Positions 27,550 through 35,945 of a stretch of 43,904 nt of DNA are shown here, one piece after another. Each line of letters opens with the position of its first letter. Within the stretch, counting starts at the first letter, position 1. Position numbers and translations under genes: made by a program. The notes under the pieces were generated by a model. The model had not been told where the DNA came from, searched no databases, and saw nothing but the letters and a program-made list of their open reading frames with translations. Source of the DNA: an uncultured archaeon (GTDB lineage Archaea; Asgardarchaeota; Thorarchaeia; Thorarchaeales; Thorarchaeaceae); contig CAZPWM010000018.1 of assembly GCA_964590575.1 (NCBI GenBank), forward strand, positions 1-43,904, in the 5' to 3' direction.

Positions 27550-28476
27550 ATGCTTGATATACTGACCCATCCGGCCGTTTCCGGATTATTGGTTATGACA
27601 TTAGTTGGAGCATTAGCATACAAGCTCAACTTTGTAGATATATCGGGTCTGATCAGTGCGTTCGTTGTCGGTTTCACTATCTGGTATACCGGTGGCATCG
27701 TATCATTCATCATCATCCTGTTCTTCTTTTTGAGTGCAGGCTTAGCAACAAAGATGAAGTATAAAGAGAAGGCTAAGCAGAATCTAGCTCAGGAAGGAAA
27801 AGGGAAGCGTTCATGGTCAAACGTCCTTGGAAGCGGAATAATTCCGATGCTGTTCTCAGTAGGGATGTATATGACTGGTTTATCACCAGAGCTTGCTGCT
27901 GCAGGGTGGCCATTTCTCATGTTTGGGGGCTATATTGGTGCTGTCGCAACGACAAGTGCCGACACGTTGGCAAGTGAGATTGGTGTGTTTAGTAAAAGTA
28001 AGCCTCGCCTCATCACAAACCTTAGACGGAAAGTGCCACGCGGTACAATAGGAGCAGTTTCACTTCTTGGAGAAGGTGTTGCTCTATTTGCAGGTCTGTT
28101 CATTGGTGTTCTTGCCCTTATCATTGCATTACTTGCCCCAGGTTTGGTCCCCGCGGTTTCATCCCCTCAACAATTAGTTGTCTTAGTCCCATTGTCAGGG
28201 TTGACAGCATTTATTGGGTGCAATCTTGATAGTTTATTTGGCGCAGCACTCCAGAACCGATTTGTTTGCGAGATCTGCGGTGCGGTGACTGATAAAGAAT
28301 TTCACTGCAACTATGAAACCAAATATGTTGGCGGCTTCAAGAGTTTTACAAATATGCATGTGAATCTTGGCTCATCAGCAATGGGTGCAACTCTTGGTAT
28401 AGTGCTGGGTGCCGGCCTCTTCGTATGGATACTCGGAGGTCTTTTCTTCTGGATAGCAGCTTCATCTAGCAGCTAG
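27550..28476 (+). CDS. DUF92/TMEM19 family membrane protein
   Basis: FFLSAGLATK, RSWSNVLGSG, ADTLASEIG, GAVSLLG, DSLFGAALQ, CxxC insert, NMHVN. Confidence 0.88.
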   Translation: MLDILTHPAVSGLLVMTLVGALAYKLNFVDISGLISAFVVGFTIWYTGGIVSFIIILFFFLSAGLATKMKYKEKAKQNLAQEGKGKRSWSNVLGSGIIPMLFSVGMYMTGLSPELAAAGWPFLMFGGYIGAVATTSADTLASEIGVFSKSKPRLITNLRRKVPRGTIGAVSLLGEGVALFAGLFIGVLALIIALLAPGLVPAVSSPQQLVVLVPLSGLTAFIGCNLDSLFGAALQNRFVCEICGAVTDKEFHCNYETKYVGGFKSFTNMHVNLGSSAMGATLGIVLGAGLFVWILGGLFFWIAASSSS

Positions 28477-29835
28477 CCGATCATTCTCAAACTTAACAGC
28501 ATGTTTTAGGGATTGGAGAATATCGGACCCCTCTGCTACTTTCATCATAAGTCCAGCTACAAACCATTCAGTAATTTCACTAAAACCCGAATCACACTCA
28601 ACATAGTCAGTGCATTCATTCTCGACGATACGATATTTATTGGCAGTCTCTCGGATGATGATTCTCGCATCGGTCACTTTCTGGATTTTCTGAATCGTTT
28701 GGGATTTGAGTGACTTTTTGAGATAGTCCCATGATTGATTAGAAACTAACAAAGAATCAACTTGTGAAAGGACTGGTTTTAATCGAGCCAAGCCCATCTC
28801 CCAGAATGGGACTGAACATCTATAAAATACAGGAATGCCTTGAGCCTGAGCGTTTGCGGCTATTGATGCCGCTACTTCAATAAACACCTCACCAATGTAG
28901 ACAGCTTTAGCATTCTCAACGGTCTTCCAAGGAACCTGCTCCGGTGATGTTATCGATAGTGAGGTCAAATGACCTACAGCTACAAGTTCTCGGGATCCAT
29001 TTTGTTCTTTGATGATTATAGTTTCATTCGTCCGTTTACCATCCTCGACTATAATATGTCGAACATCTACACCCCCTTGAATTAAGGTGGTGATGATGTT
29101 CCATCCATCAATATCGTTTCCAACAGAGGAAACAAGAGAAGTTTGTAAACTTTCACTAGCCATTGCTAGAGCTAGTTCAACTGTTGGACCCCCACTCCTT
29201 CGAACTGGCGCACTACAACTAGATAGCCCTCCAAGAGATGGGATCTTTTCACAGTCTATCTGCGTGTAGGATGCAGATGCGCCAAATAGAACGAACTCAG
29301 GTTTGGTGAAACTCAAAGATCCATCGAGAACTGCTTTTGCTCTCGCGCGCGCAAATATCTCAGACAATGCGGACTCATGAATGCCCTCTTCTCGATATAG
29401 AGTTGTTAATCGGGCAAGATAATCCTCCAGTAGAAAAGTTGTCAGCTCTTCAACGTCTGAGGGAAGACCTTCAAAATAGAATCTCGCCAAACCCCAACCA
29501 TTCTTAGTCAACTCATGGTAGACAACTCGTTTTCCGTGATGGATCATGGTTCCTGTTGATATCAAACCAAACTTACTGAGCGTCTTCAAATACGCAAGAA
29601 TGCTCTTGTTCGAATGAGGAAGGTCCTCAATCAAATTACGTTGTAAGACACGACCAGCTTCATCAAAGCTAGAGAGCACATTACGAGCTAATCGTGACGC
29701 TAGGACAGTTCGGACAAACTCGTCACGTTTCTCAATATCTTTAGGTAGAAAGAGGAGATATGGCCATAGAGACCCAAATTCATCTATTTTCGTCATTCCC
29801 AACATCTTCATATATCGGTTTATTATCCTGACCAA
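28462..29835 (-). CDS. Winged-HTH plus degenerate PfkB/ribokinase-fold domain, probable regulator
   Basis: wHTH (NKSILAYLKTLSKFGLI...YHELTKNGWGLA); PfkB signature 1 GGPT...VGNDIDG; signature 2 DTxGAGD absent. Confidence 0.75.
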   Translation of the reverse strand: MVRIINRYMKMLGMTKIDEFGSLWPYLLFLPKDIEKRDEFVRTVLASRLARNVLSSFDEAGRVLQRNLIEDLPHSNKSILAYLKTLSKFGLISTGTMIHHGKRVVYHELTKNGWGLARFYFEGLPSDVEELTTFLLEDYLARLTTLYREEGIHESALSEIFARARAKAVLDGSLSFTKPEFVLFGASASYTQIDCEKIPSLGGLSSCSAPVRRSGGPTVELALAMASESLQTSLVSSVGNDIDGWNIITTLIQGGVDVRHIIVEDGKRTNETIIIKEQNGSRELVAVGHLTSLSITSPEQVPWKTVENAKAVYIGEVFIEVAASIAANAQAQGIPVFYRCSVPFWEMGLARLKPVLSQVDSLLVSNQSWDYLKKSLKSQTIQKIQKVTDARIIIRETANKYRIVENECTDYVECDSGFSEITEWFVAGLMMKVAEGSDILQSLKHAVKFENDRLAAR

Positions 29836-29878
29836 TGTACAAACCTACCTATGTAGTTTACTAAAATACACTACAACG

Positions 29879-30673
29879 GTGACGACCATGTCAGGATTCA
29901 CTAGGTCTATTGCATATCCATGGGCTCTTACAGGAATTTTCGGAGCAGTGCACCTAATAATAACGTTAATTCCATTCAATCTCAGTGTCGGGGGAGGCGG
30001 GGAGATATCCTTTGGTCTTGTTTCAGCACCCATCGTTGGATTTCTCTTGGGTCCGTTTTTTGGAGTTATCGCGGTTCTAATAGGTTCACTTCTTGCTATG
30101 TTCATCAACCCCTTCATAGCTATACTAGGTCCTTTCACAGTTCTAGCTACTGCAGCGGGTGCATTCACAGCAGGTGCAATGAGAACCAAGATTCGAATTG
30201 CTGTACCAATCATCTTCATTGCAGCTATGGGTGTTTACATTATCAGTCCAGTTGGCATGGCTGTACCGGGTTTCATCTGGTTCCACTTCATAGCGTTTCT
30301 GGTGTCCCTGTTGTTCCTAATCCCAAGGATTTCCACTAAATTGATCAGTCCACTTAATCTCAATACTGATTTACATAGATGGATAATGTTCGCAAGTATT
30401 TGGTTATTCTGTCTTGTCGCAGTGACATTAGACCAAGCAGTGGGATCTGCAATTGGAGGGTGGTATCTTCCTACCTTCCTCGATTTAGGATTGATTGTTG
30501 GATTCTTTGAAGCCGCTATACTTCTTTACGCATTCGAAAGAATTGCGGGGTCATTTATCGTTGCGATAGTAGTGTATGCTTTAGTCTGGGGACTCAGTAG
30601 AGTGGATTTTGGCTTACCATTGTCACGTATAGGAAAATACGAGTTGCTCGAGTTGAACGAGGAGGAAGTCTAG
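29879..30673 (+). CDS. ECF transporter S-component-like membrane protein
   Basis: 6-7 TM; ALTGIFGAV, APIVGFLLGPFFG pattern. Confidence 0.6.
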   Translation: MTTMSGFTRSIAYPWALTGIFGAVHLIITLIPFNLSVGGGGEISFGLVSAPIVGFLLGPFFGVIAVLIGSLLAMFINPFIAILGPFTVLATAAGAFTAGAMRTKIRIAVPIIFIAAMGVYIISPVGMAVPGFIWFHFIAFLVSLLFLIPRISTKLISPLNLNTDLHRWIMFASIWLFCLVAVTLDQAVGSAIGGWYLPTFLDLGLIVGFFEAAILLYAFERIAGSFIVAIVVYALVWGLSRVDFGLPLSRIGKYELLELNEEEV

Positions 30674-30711
30674 CTCACACGAGAGAAGAGGAGGAACATA
30701 GAGCTCAATCA

Positions 30712-30741
30712 GTCGGAGGAATAAACTGGCATTCCTCCGAC
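30712..30741. repeat. Perfect 11-bp inverted repeat (terminator or sRNA hairpin)
   Basis: GTCGGAGGAAT-N8-ATTCCTCCGAC. Confidence 0.7.
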
Positions 30742-30870
30742 ACCATATATTTCGCATAGACGAAGCTTCATAAGACTTCACACGAAATGCCTACATGAAA
30801 TAGGATCTACGGACTTGTTTCGACCATCTGTCTACACAATCGTGTGTGTGGAAGGAAGGAGAAAAAAGAA

Positions 30871-31707
30871 TTGCAATTCATATTAGATTCATATTTGGTA
30901 ATGTTGCTAGTCATCGTACTCGCGTTTTTCGTCCTGATGTTCGTCGCGAGTGGGATCAAAGTGCTCAAGGAGTGGGAGCGTATTGCTGTACTTAGGCTTG
31001 GTAAGTTCAAACATATTCGAGGACCGGGTGTAGTTTGGGTTATGCCAATTCTCGATAAGATTGCCATGAAGGTCTCTTTGAGACTTCTAACATATGCTTT
31101 CAAGACGGAGAGATCCCTCACTAAAGATAACGTGCCTGTCGTCGTTGATGCGGTCATGTACTTTAGGGTCATTGATGTCGAGAAAGCAATCCTTAGTGTC
31201 GAGCGATATACAGTAGCTGTGGAACTTGGAGCACAGACTACCCTGAGAGAAACCACTGGAAAAGTCACTCTTGATGAACTCCTATCAGAGAGAGATAAAA
31301 TCGCAGAGCACCTTCAGGAGCTCATTGATGAGAAGACTGAACACTGGGGTGTAAAGGTCACCAGTGTAGAGATACGTGATGTTGTAATTCCTGCAGCGCT
31401 TCAGGATGCGATGAGCAGAGAAGCTCAAGCTGAACGAGAAGGTAGAGCTAGAGTCATCCTAGCTCAAGCGGAACTCGAAGCTGCTGAGAATATGTTGAAA
31501 GCAGCTAAGCGTTATGAGGAATCACAGGTTGGTTTTGTTCTACGTACATGGAACATCATGCAAGAGATATCTAAGAACGCGAACCTGATTATCATGGTGC
31601 CAACTAACATTCCAGAAGTTGGTATGACGACAGGTGTAGCAGCGGCTATGTCAGCTGGAACGGGTGGAATAAAAGTACCGTCCAATAAAGGAATGCCAGA
31701 GGAGTAA
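30871..31707 (+). CDS. SPFH/stomatin (band 7) family protein
   Basis: EWERIAVLRLGK, GPG, LTKDNVPVVVDAV, AQTTLR, WGVKVTSVEIRDV, AQAERE. Confidence 0.93.
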   Translation: MQFILDSYLVMLLVIVLAFFVLMFVASGIKVLKEWERIAVLRLGKFKHIRGPGVVWVMPILDKIAMKVSLRLLTYAFKTERSLTKDNVPVVVDAVMYFRVIDVEKAILSVERYTVAVELGAQTTLRETTGKVTLDELLSERDKIAEHLQELIDEKTEHWGVKVTSVEIRDVVIPAALQDAMSREAQAEREGRARVILAQAELEAAENMLKAAKRYEESQVGFVLRTWNIMQEISKNANLIIMVPTNIPEVGMTTGVAAAMSAGTGGIKVPSNKGMPEE

Positions 31708-31733
31708 ATACACTGAGGTAGGATGCGAATAAG

Positions 31734-32426
31734 ATGGATGCATGGATAAAGATCCTGGTTGTCATGCTCATGTTCTCTGCATTGGGCATGATCATGCCAT
31801 TCATTCTCATTGACCCATTCATTGGTCTGATACTGCTAGGTGTACTTCTTACATTACTAGTGCTAACACTTGAACCTGCAACAGGTAAAGCAATGGCGCA
31901 AGTAACAGTTCCACTTGTACTGATACTATTTGTATTTCAGGTGTGGTTCACGGGTTTTGCATTTGATGACTGGATGCTTCTTGTCATCTTTGCAGTGATG
32001 TATCTCATGTTCACTATGTTTACAGGTGGTAGCAGCTTTGTTGAGGGCGGTTTTATTGATGCCAAGGTTTCACTAAAGTTATTCCCCCTCTATGGTGTCG
32101 CAATTTTCCTGTCAGTGTTAATTGATGAAACTCGACAATTAACTGTGTACATCATGGCAGGAACAGTCTTCGGTTTGATGCTTCTGTACTTTGTATTCCT
32201 TAGGGATTATGACAAATGGCCGACATATTCTCAGTTCAAGTATGCGGACATACATGCTGTCACAGACCTGAATCCCAAGGGAAAGGTGAAGACTGGTGCA
32301 GAGATTTGGTGGGCGCGAACTGATGGGCCACCAATCAAAGCTGGTGAAACAGTTGTCATTGATCACATCACCGGGGTCACGATGTATGTCAGAAGACCTG
32401 ATGACATCTCAAGTTTAAACCAATAG
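31734..32426 (+). CDS. NfeD-like membrane protein with C-terminal OB fold
   Basis: Multi-TM N-terminus; GKVKTGAEIWWAR...GETVVI...G; follows the SPFH gene. Confidence 0.8.
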   Translation: MDAWIKILVVMLMFSALGMIMPFILIDPFIGLILLGVLLTLLVLTLEPATGKAMAQVTVPLVLILFVFQVWFTGFAFDDWMLLVIFAVMYLMFTMFTGGSSFVEGGFIDAKVSLKLFPLYGVAIFLSVLIDETRQLTVYIMAGTVFGLMLLYFVFLRDYDKWPTYSQFKYADIHAVTDLNPKGKVKTGAEIWWARTDGPPIKAGETVVIDHITGVTMYVRRPDDISSLNQ

Positions 32427-32437
32427 AAGTTATAATA

Positions 32438-32470
32438 GAGAAAGGGAACGGACCAGTCCGAGCCCTTCTC
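32438..32470. terminator. Hairpin between convergent nfeD-like and CPBP genes
   Basis: GAGAAAGGG..CGGA-CCAG-TCCG..CCCTTCTC. Confidence 0.4.
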
Positions 32471-33245
32471 ACACTTTATTTTTCTCAGAAGCCAGAAAAC
32501 TCCAGAGAATTGAGAGGGCGAAGAGAAAGCCAATGATTGTTGTTAAGCCCCATTCTATCTGGAATATCTCAGGCTGTACCACAGTCACACCTTCTCCAGG
32601 GAAAGATGGGAACATAATGTATGCAATTACGTTCCACATGAAATGAAATGCAATAGGCACCCATAGCCGCCGCCCAGACCAATAATAACCGAATGACAAA
32701 ACAACTCCACCAAGGAATATGTTGAATGTAAACAGGACGATTAAAGGTACGTCAAAACCAGCAGGTGCCCACCAGCTGAAATGAAGTAGTGAAAAGAACA
32801 GTGAACTGAAAATGATTGCTGTTCTGCGTCCAGCCAAAGTTTCCATTCGTGTCAAAATATAGCCACGGTTTGATAATTCCTCAAAGAACGAAAATAGTGC
32901 AGCGTTGAAAATCACATTGATTATCAGGTCACCTGTTATCTCGTTGAATGAACGAAGCTGACCACCAAAGAAGAAAGCTATTGCAACAACCAAGGCTGCG
33001 GCAAGAGCTCCTGCGATTGCACCTATGCTGATATGAGAACCAAATCGGTTGTCAACATCAAGCCCTAATTCAGCTATGGATTCACCACCCTCCCATCTAA
33101 TAAATGCCCAAGTAATAGTGTACGTAAGAATGAATCCCAGGAGGACCATTAGAGTACCTAATAATGATTGCATTAGTATAATTAAGAACATTGCAATCAT
33201 GAAGAGAAGTAGTCTGAGCCATAGTGTTTGTTGGTCGTCTGTCAT
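32469..33245 (-). CDS. CPBP (CAAX/Abi) intramembrane metalloprotease
   Basis: EELSNRG, FSLLH, AFHFMWN. Confidence 0.9.
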   Translation of the reverse strand: MTDDQQTLWLRLLLFMIAMFLIILMQSLLGTLMVLLGFILTYTITWAFIRWEGGESIAELGLDVDNRFGSHISIGAIAGALAAALVVAIAFFFGGQLRSFNEITGDLIINVIFNAALFSFFEELSNRGYILTRMETLAGRRTAIIFSSLFFSLLHFSWWAPAGFDVPLIVLFTFNIFLGGVVLSFGYYWSGRRLWVPIAFHFMWNVIAYIMFPSFPGEGVTVVQPEIFQIEWGLTTIIGFLFALSILWSFLASEKNKV

Positions 33246-33444
33246 ATTGGGCGCCTAACCGGCTCGAAGAATTTTCTTACCTAAATCTACTCCGGTGTTG
33301 AATCCATCCGAGAATAGTGTATATGTAGTGCGAACTGATATAAGTAGGCAGCAGTATTCGCCCCCCTAAGGCTATTAAGATAGTAAGCTGCAAAATAATA
33401 CAGCCAGTAGACAGCGAAACTGAGCGCGTCACGGAGGAGTACTC

Positions 33445-34587
33445 TTGGTAAAGACAAGAAGCCTTTTGTTGGAATTCGAAACAGACGAAGTTGGGCGTCT
33501 TGCAAGGGATAGTAAAACAGAACGAAAAGCCCTTATTTCAGCCTTCTCTGACCCTTCGGACATTGTTAGAGAAAGAGCTTTGATTGCAGCTATCGAATTA
33601 GCAGACCCAACTGTTGTAACAGATATTATCAAAGCACTCTCCGACGAAGTACCAAATGTACGAATTGCTGCAGCACAGGCTCTTGCATTCTATCATCAAC
33701 CCAGAACAGTCCCAAACCTAATCAAGGGGCTCAAGGATGATAGTACTTGGGTAAGATCTCACTGTGCCGCGGGGCTCTCCAAACTACTAAAAGGACCTAT
33801 CTGGGCGCGTATACCTGAAGAGTCTGTTGAGAAATTCATCGAAGATTTTCCAGAAATGGCTGAAGATGATGTCAACAAGTTCCTTACAAGTCTCAAGATG
33901 AGTTCATCTGCTGTTGATCGTTATATGAATTGGCGCGGTCAAGGATTCGATATTGAGATTGATAGTTCATCCCTTGTAGAAGAACTTGAGGGGACACCCA
34001 TTCTAATATCTGAAGATGCAGTTGCTAGCCGCGGAGCAGCAAAAGTAAGCGGAGTATCAGATGAAGTAGAAAAAATTCTTAGTGAGTTACCAGAAGAGCT
34101 AAGAGAAACACTTCCACCAGAAGACATTAGACGATTGACACCGGAATCAGCTCGAGAACTTGTACAGAACCTCAAAGTAGCAATACCGTCAGAAACAAAG
34201 ACAAAGAAGAAAGCTGTCAAAGTCCGTAAAGTGAAGAAGGTTCGAAAGAAGAAGATACCAGATGCACGAGATGAGTTGATTGATAGACTCCCGGCAGAAG
34301 TACGAGAGGAAGTCGGTGATGAAACCCTCTCCGGCTTGAGTATTGAGGAACTTGAAGCACTTATTTCATCAACTGCAGTGAGTGAACCAGAGGTTGAAAC
34401 AGAATCTGTTGACATAGAAATAGACCCAAGGATGCAAGAATTGATTGATAAGTATGGTCAAGAAAAAGCAGATCTCTTGTTTAATATACCTGAAGTTATG
34501 TTAGAAGGAATCCCTGAAGACCAGATTGAGGAGATGGACCTTGAAACACTGAAAGGATTAACTCAAGCTCTTGAACCTGGGGATTAA
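33445..34587 (+). CDS. HEAT/PBS-repeat protein with three C-terminal LP-E helical repeats and a basic tract
   Basis: SDPSDIVRERA, SDEVPNVRIAAAQAL, KDDSTWVRSHCAAGL; repeats LSELPEELRE, IDRLPAEVRE, LFNIPEVMLE. Confidence 0.82.
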   Translation: MVKTRSLLLEFETDEVGRLARDSKTERKALISAFSDPSDIVRERALIAAIELADPTVVTDIIKALSDEVPNVRIAAAQALAFYHQPRTVPNLIKGLKDDSTWVRSHCAAGLSKLLKGPIWARIPEESVEKFIEDFPEMAEDDVNKFLTSLKMSSSAVDRYMNWRGQGFDIEIDSSSLVEELEGTPILISEDAVASRGAAKVSGVSDEVEKILSELPEELRETLPPEDIRRLTPESARELVQNLKVAIPSETKTKKKAVKVRKVKKVRKKKIPDARDELIDRLPAEVREEVGDETLSGLSIEELEALISSTAVSEPEVETESVDIEIDPRMQELIDKYGQEKADLLFNIPEVMLEGIPEDQIEEMDLETLKGLTQALEPGD

Positions 34588-34591
34588 CGAT

Positions 34592-35887
34592 TCACTCGGA
34601 TCCACGAATAACAACAGCAAACTCCCCAGCTAGTTTACCATACCACTCAAGTAGGTCTCTCATATTATCAACATGACGATAACTGCCATTACCATACTGA
34701 GCGATTGCTAACATCAGCTCTTCATCTATCTCACTGCGTTCACCTAGCCCTATAGAATAAATCACAAGTTTATTCCGGTCTGTGAAGAGGTCTTTTAACA
34801 CCTTAAGCGGCGGGGGTCCAGATGTGGTCATTCCATCAGTCAGCATAATGAGCATAGTGGGTTTATCAGGGTCTCCGAACTCTTCCATTATCTCATGTGC
34901 TTTAGCCAAAGCGGTGCCCATATCCGTGAGCGTGCCACCTTCTTCCACCTTATCTACAACATGGGTGCTGATTATTTGAAGGCCAAGTGCCTTTTCTCTC
35001 CCAGTGCATTCTACAAATGGTTGAACCTCACCGGTGTCAGAGTTTAGGAAGGTCATCTCACTCACCTCCTTTTCAAAAGTAATCACTCCGACTTTTTCGC
35101 CATATCCTCGACCCACTTTTTCAGCTAGATAGAGAAGGACTGCCATTGCAGCAGCTTCTGCTCGACTGACATTCTTGCCTTCCTCAAATCGATTGAGAAA
35201 CGCATGTACCTCGGGACTATCTCCGGCAAGGTCCTTCAAACCTTCTCTAGCATGTGCAATGTCTTGAACAGGAACGTCTGTGGTCTTCATGGATCCACTT
35301 GTATCAATACAGAGTACTGCATTGAAAGGGGATGCGATCCCTACGGTTTTAAACTGATACCCGGTTCGTTCACGTAATGCTTCAAATGCCAACTTGGCAA
35401 AGCTCTTTCCAGCAAGATCCGGTTTTGTGTTAATAATCTCAACTTTCACGTCAAGGTCAGGCCAATTGAAAGACATGCCTGGGTATACAAGCCGACCACC
35501 GATGATGTTCTCTAAGGATTTCACTCGCTCTGCAGCTCTGATTACAAGGTCCTCGGTATTGGCATCTTCCGTCAGAGGCTTGAGACCAAACTCAACATAC
35601 TCAAGCGCCAACATATCTTCATCATAGAGTGTGACCTCAACCTGATCACCCTCCATTAAAAGTGACGCTTCGAGGACTAGTGTATCAATAACTATACTAT
35701 CCTCTGCTGCTTCATTGCTCTTTCTAATCTCAGCGGCACCCCAGAAACTGCTCTGAGGGTCCTCAAATATCACAATGGATCCAATGTCAGCATCCAACTT
35801 CTTTGCTATTTTGGGATGGATGTTAGCGAAACCCCTCAGGTCTCCGCCGTCTATAATCTCCAAGGTCAGTTTCTTGGTGATGGTCAT
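34592..35887 (-). CDS. CDC48/p97 N-domain-like plus VWA protein with intact MIDAS
   Basis: RGFANIHPKIAKKLDADIGSIV...SIVID...EGDQVEV double-psi barrel; IDTSGSM, TDMG, LTDG; GAGGAGG before ATG at 35887. Confidence 0.85.
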   Translation of the reverse strand: MTITKKLTLEIIDGGDLRGFANIHPKIAKKLDADIGSIVIFEDPQSSFWGAAEIRKSNEAAEDSIVIDTLVLEASLLMEGDQVEVTLYDEDMLALEYVEFGLKPLTEDANTEDLVIRAAERVKSLENIIGGRLVYPGMSFNWPDLDVKVEIINTKPDLAGKSFAKLAFEALRERTGYQFKTVGIASPFNAVLCIDTSGSMKTTDVPVQDIAHAREGLKDLAGDSPEVHAFLNRFEEGKNVSRAEAAAMAVLLYLAEKVGRGYGEKVGVITFEKEVSEMTFLNSDTGEVQPFVECTGREKALGLQIISTHVVDKVEEGGTLTDMGTALAKAHEIMEEFGDPDKPTMLIMLTDGMTTSGPPPLKVLKDLFTDRNKLVIYSIGLGERSEIDEELMLAIAQYGNGSYRHVDNMRDLLEWYGKLAGEFAVVIRGSE

Positions 35888-35945
35888 TGCCTCCTCTAGT
35901 CCTATAGAAAGTTCCTTCAATTTTGAGGTTATAAAGAATTGTGAG

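Noticed and set aside
33939-34415. 158-aa minus-strand ORF and similar short antisense ORFs in the track
   Set aside because: Lie fully inside well-supported genes on the other strand and carry no motifs
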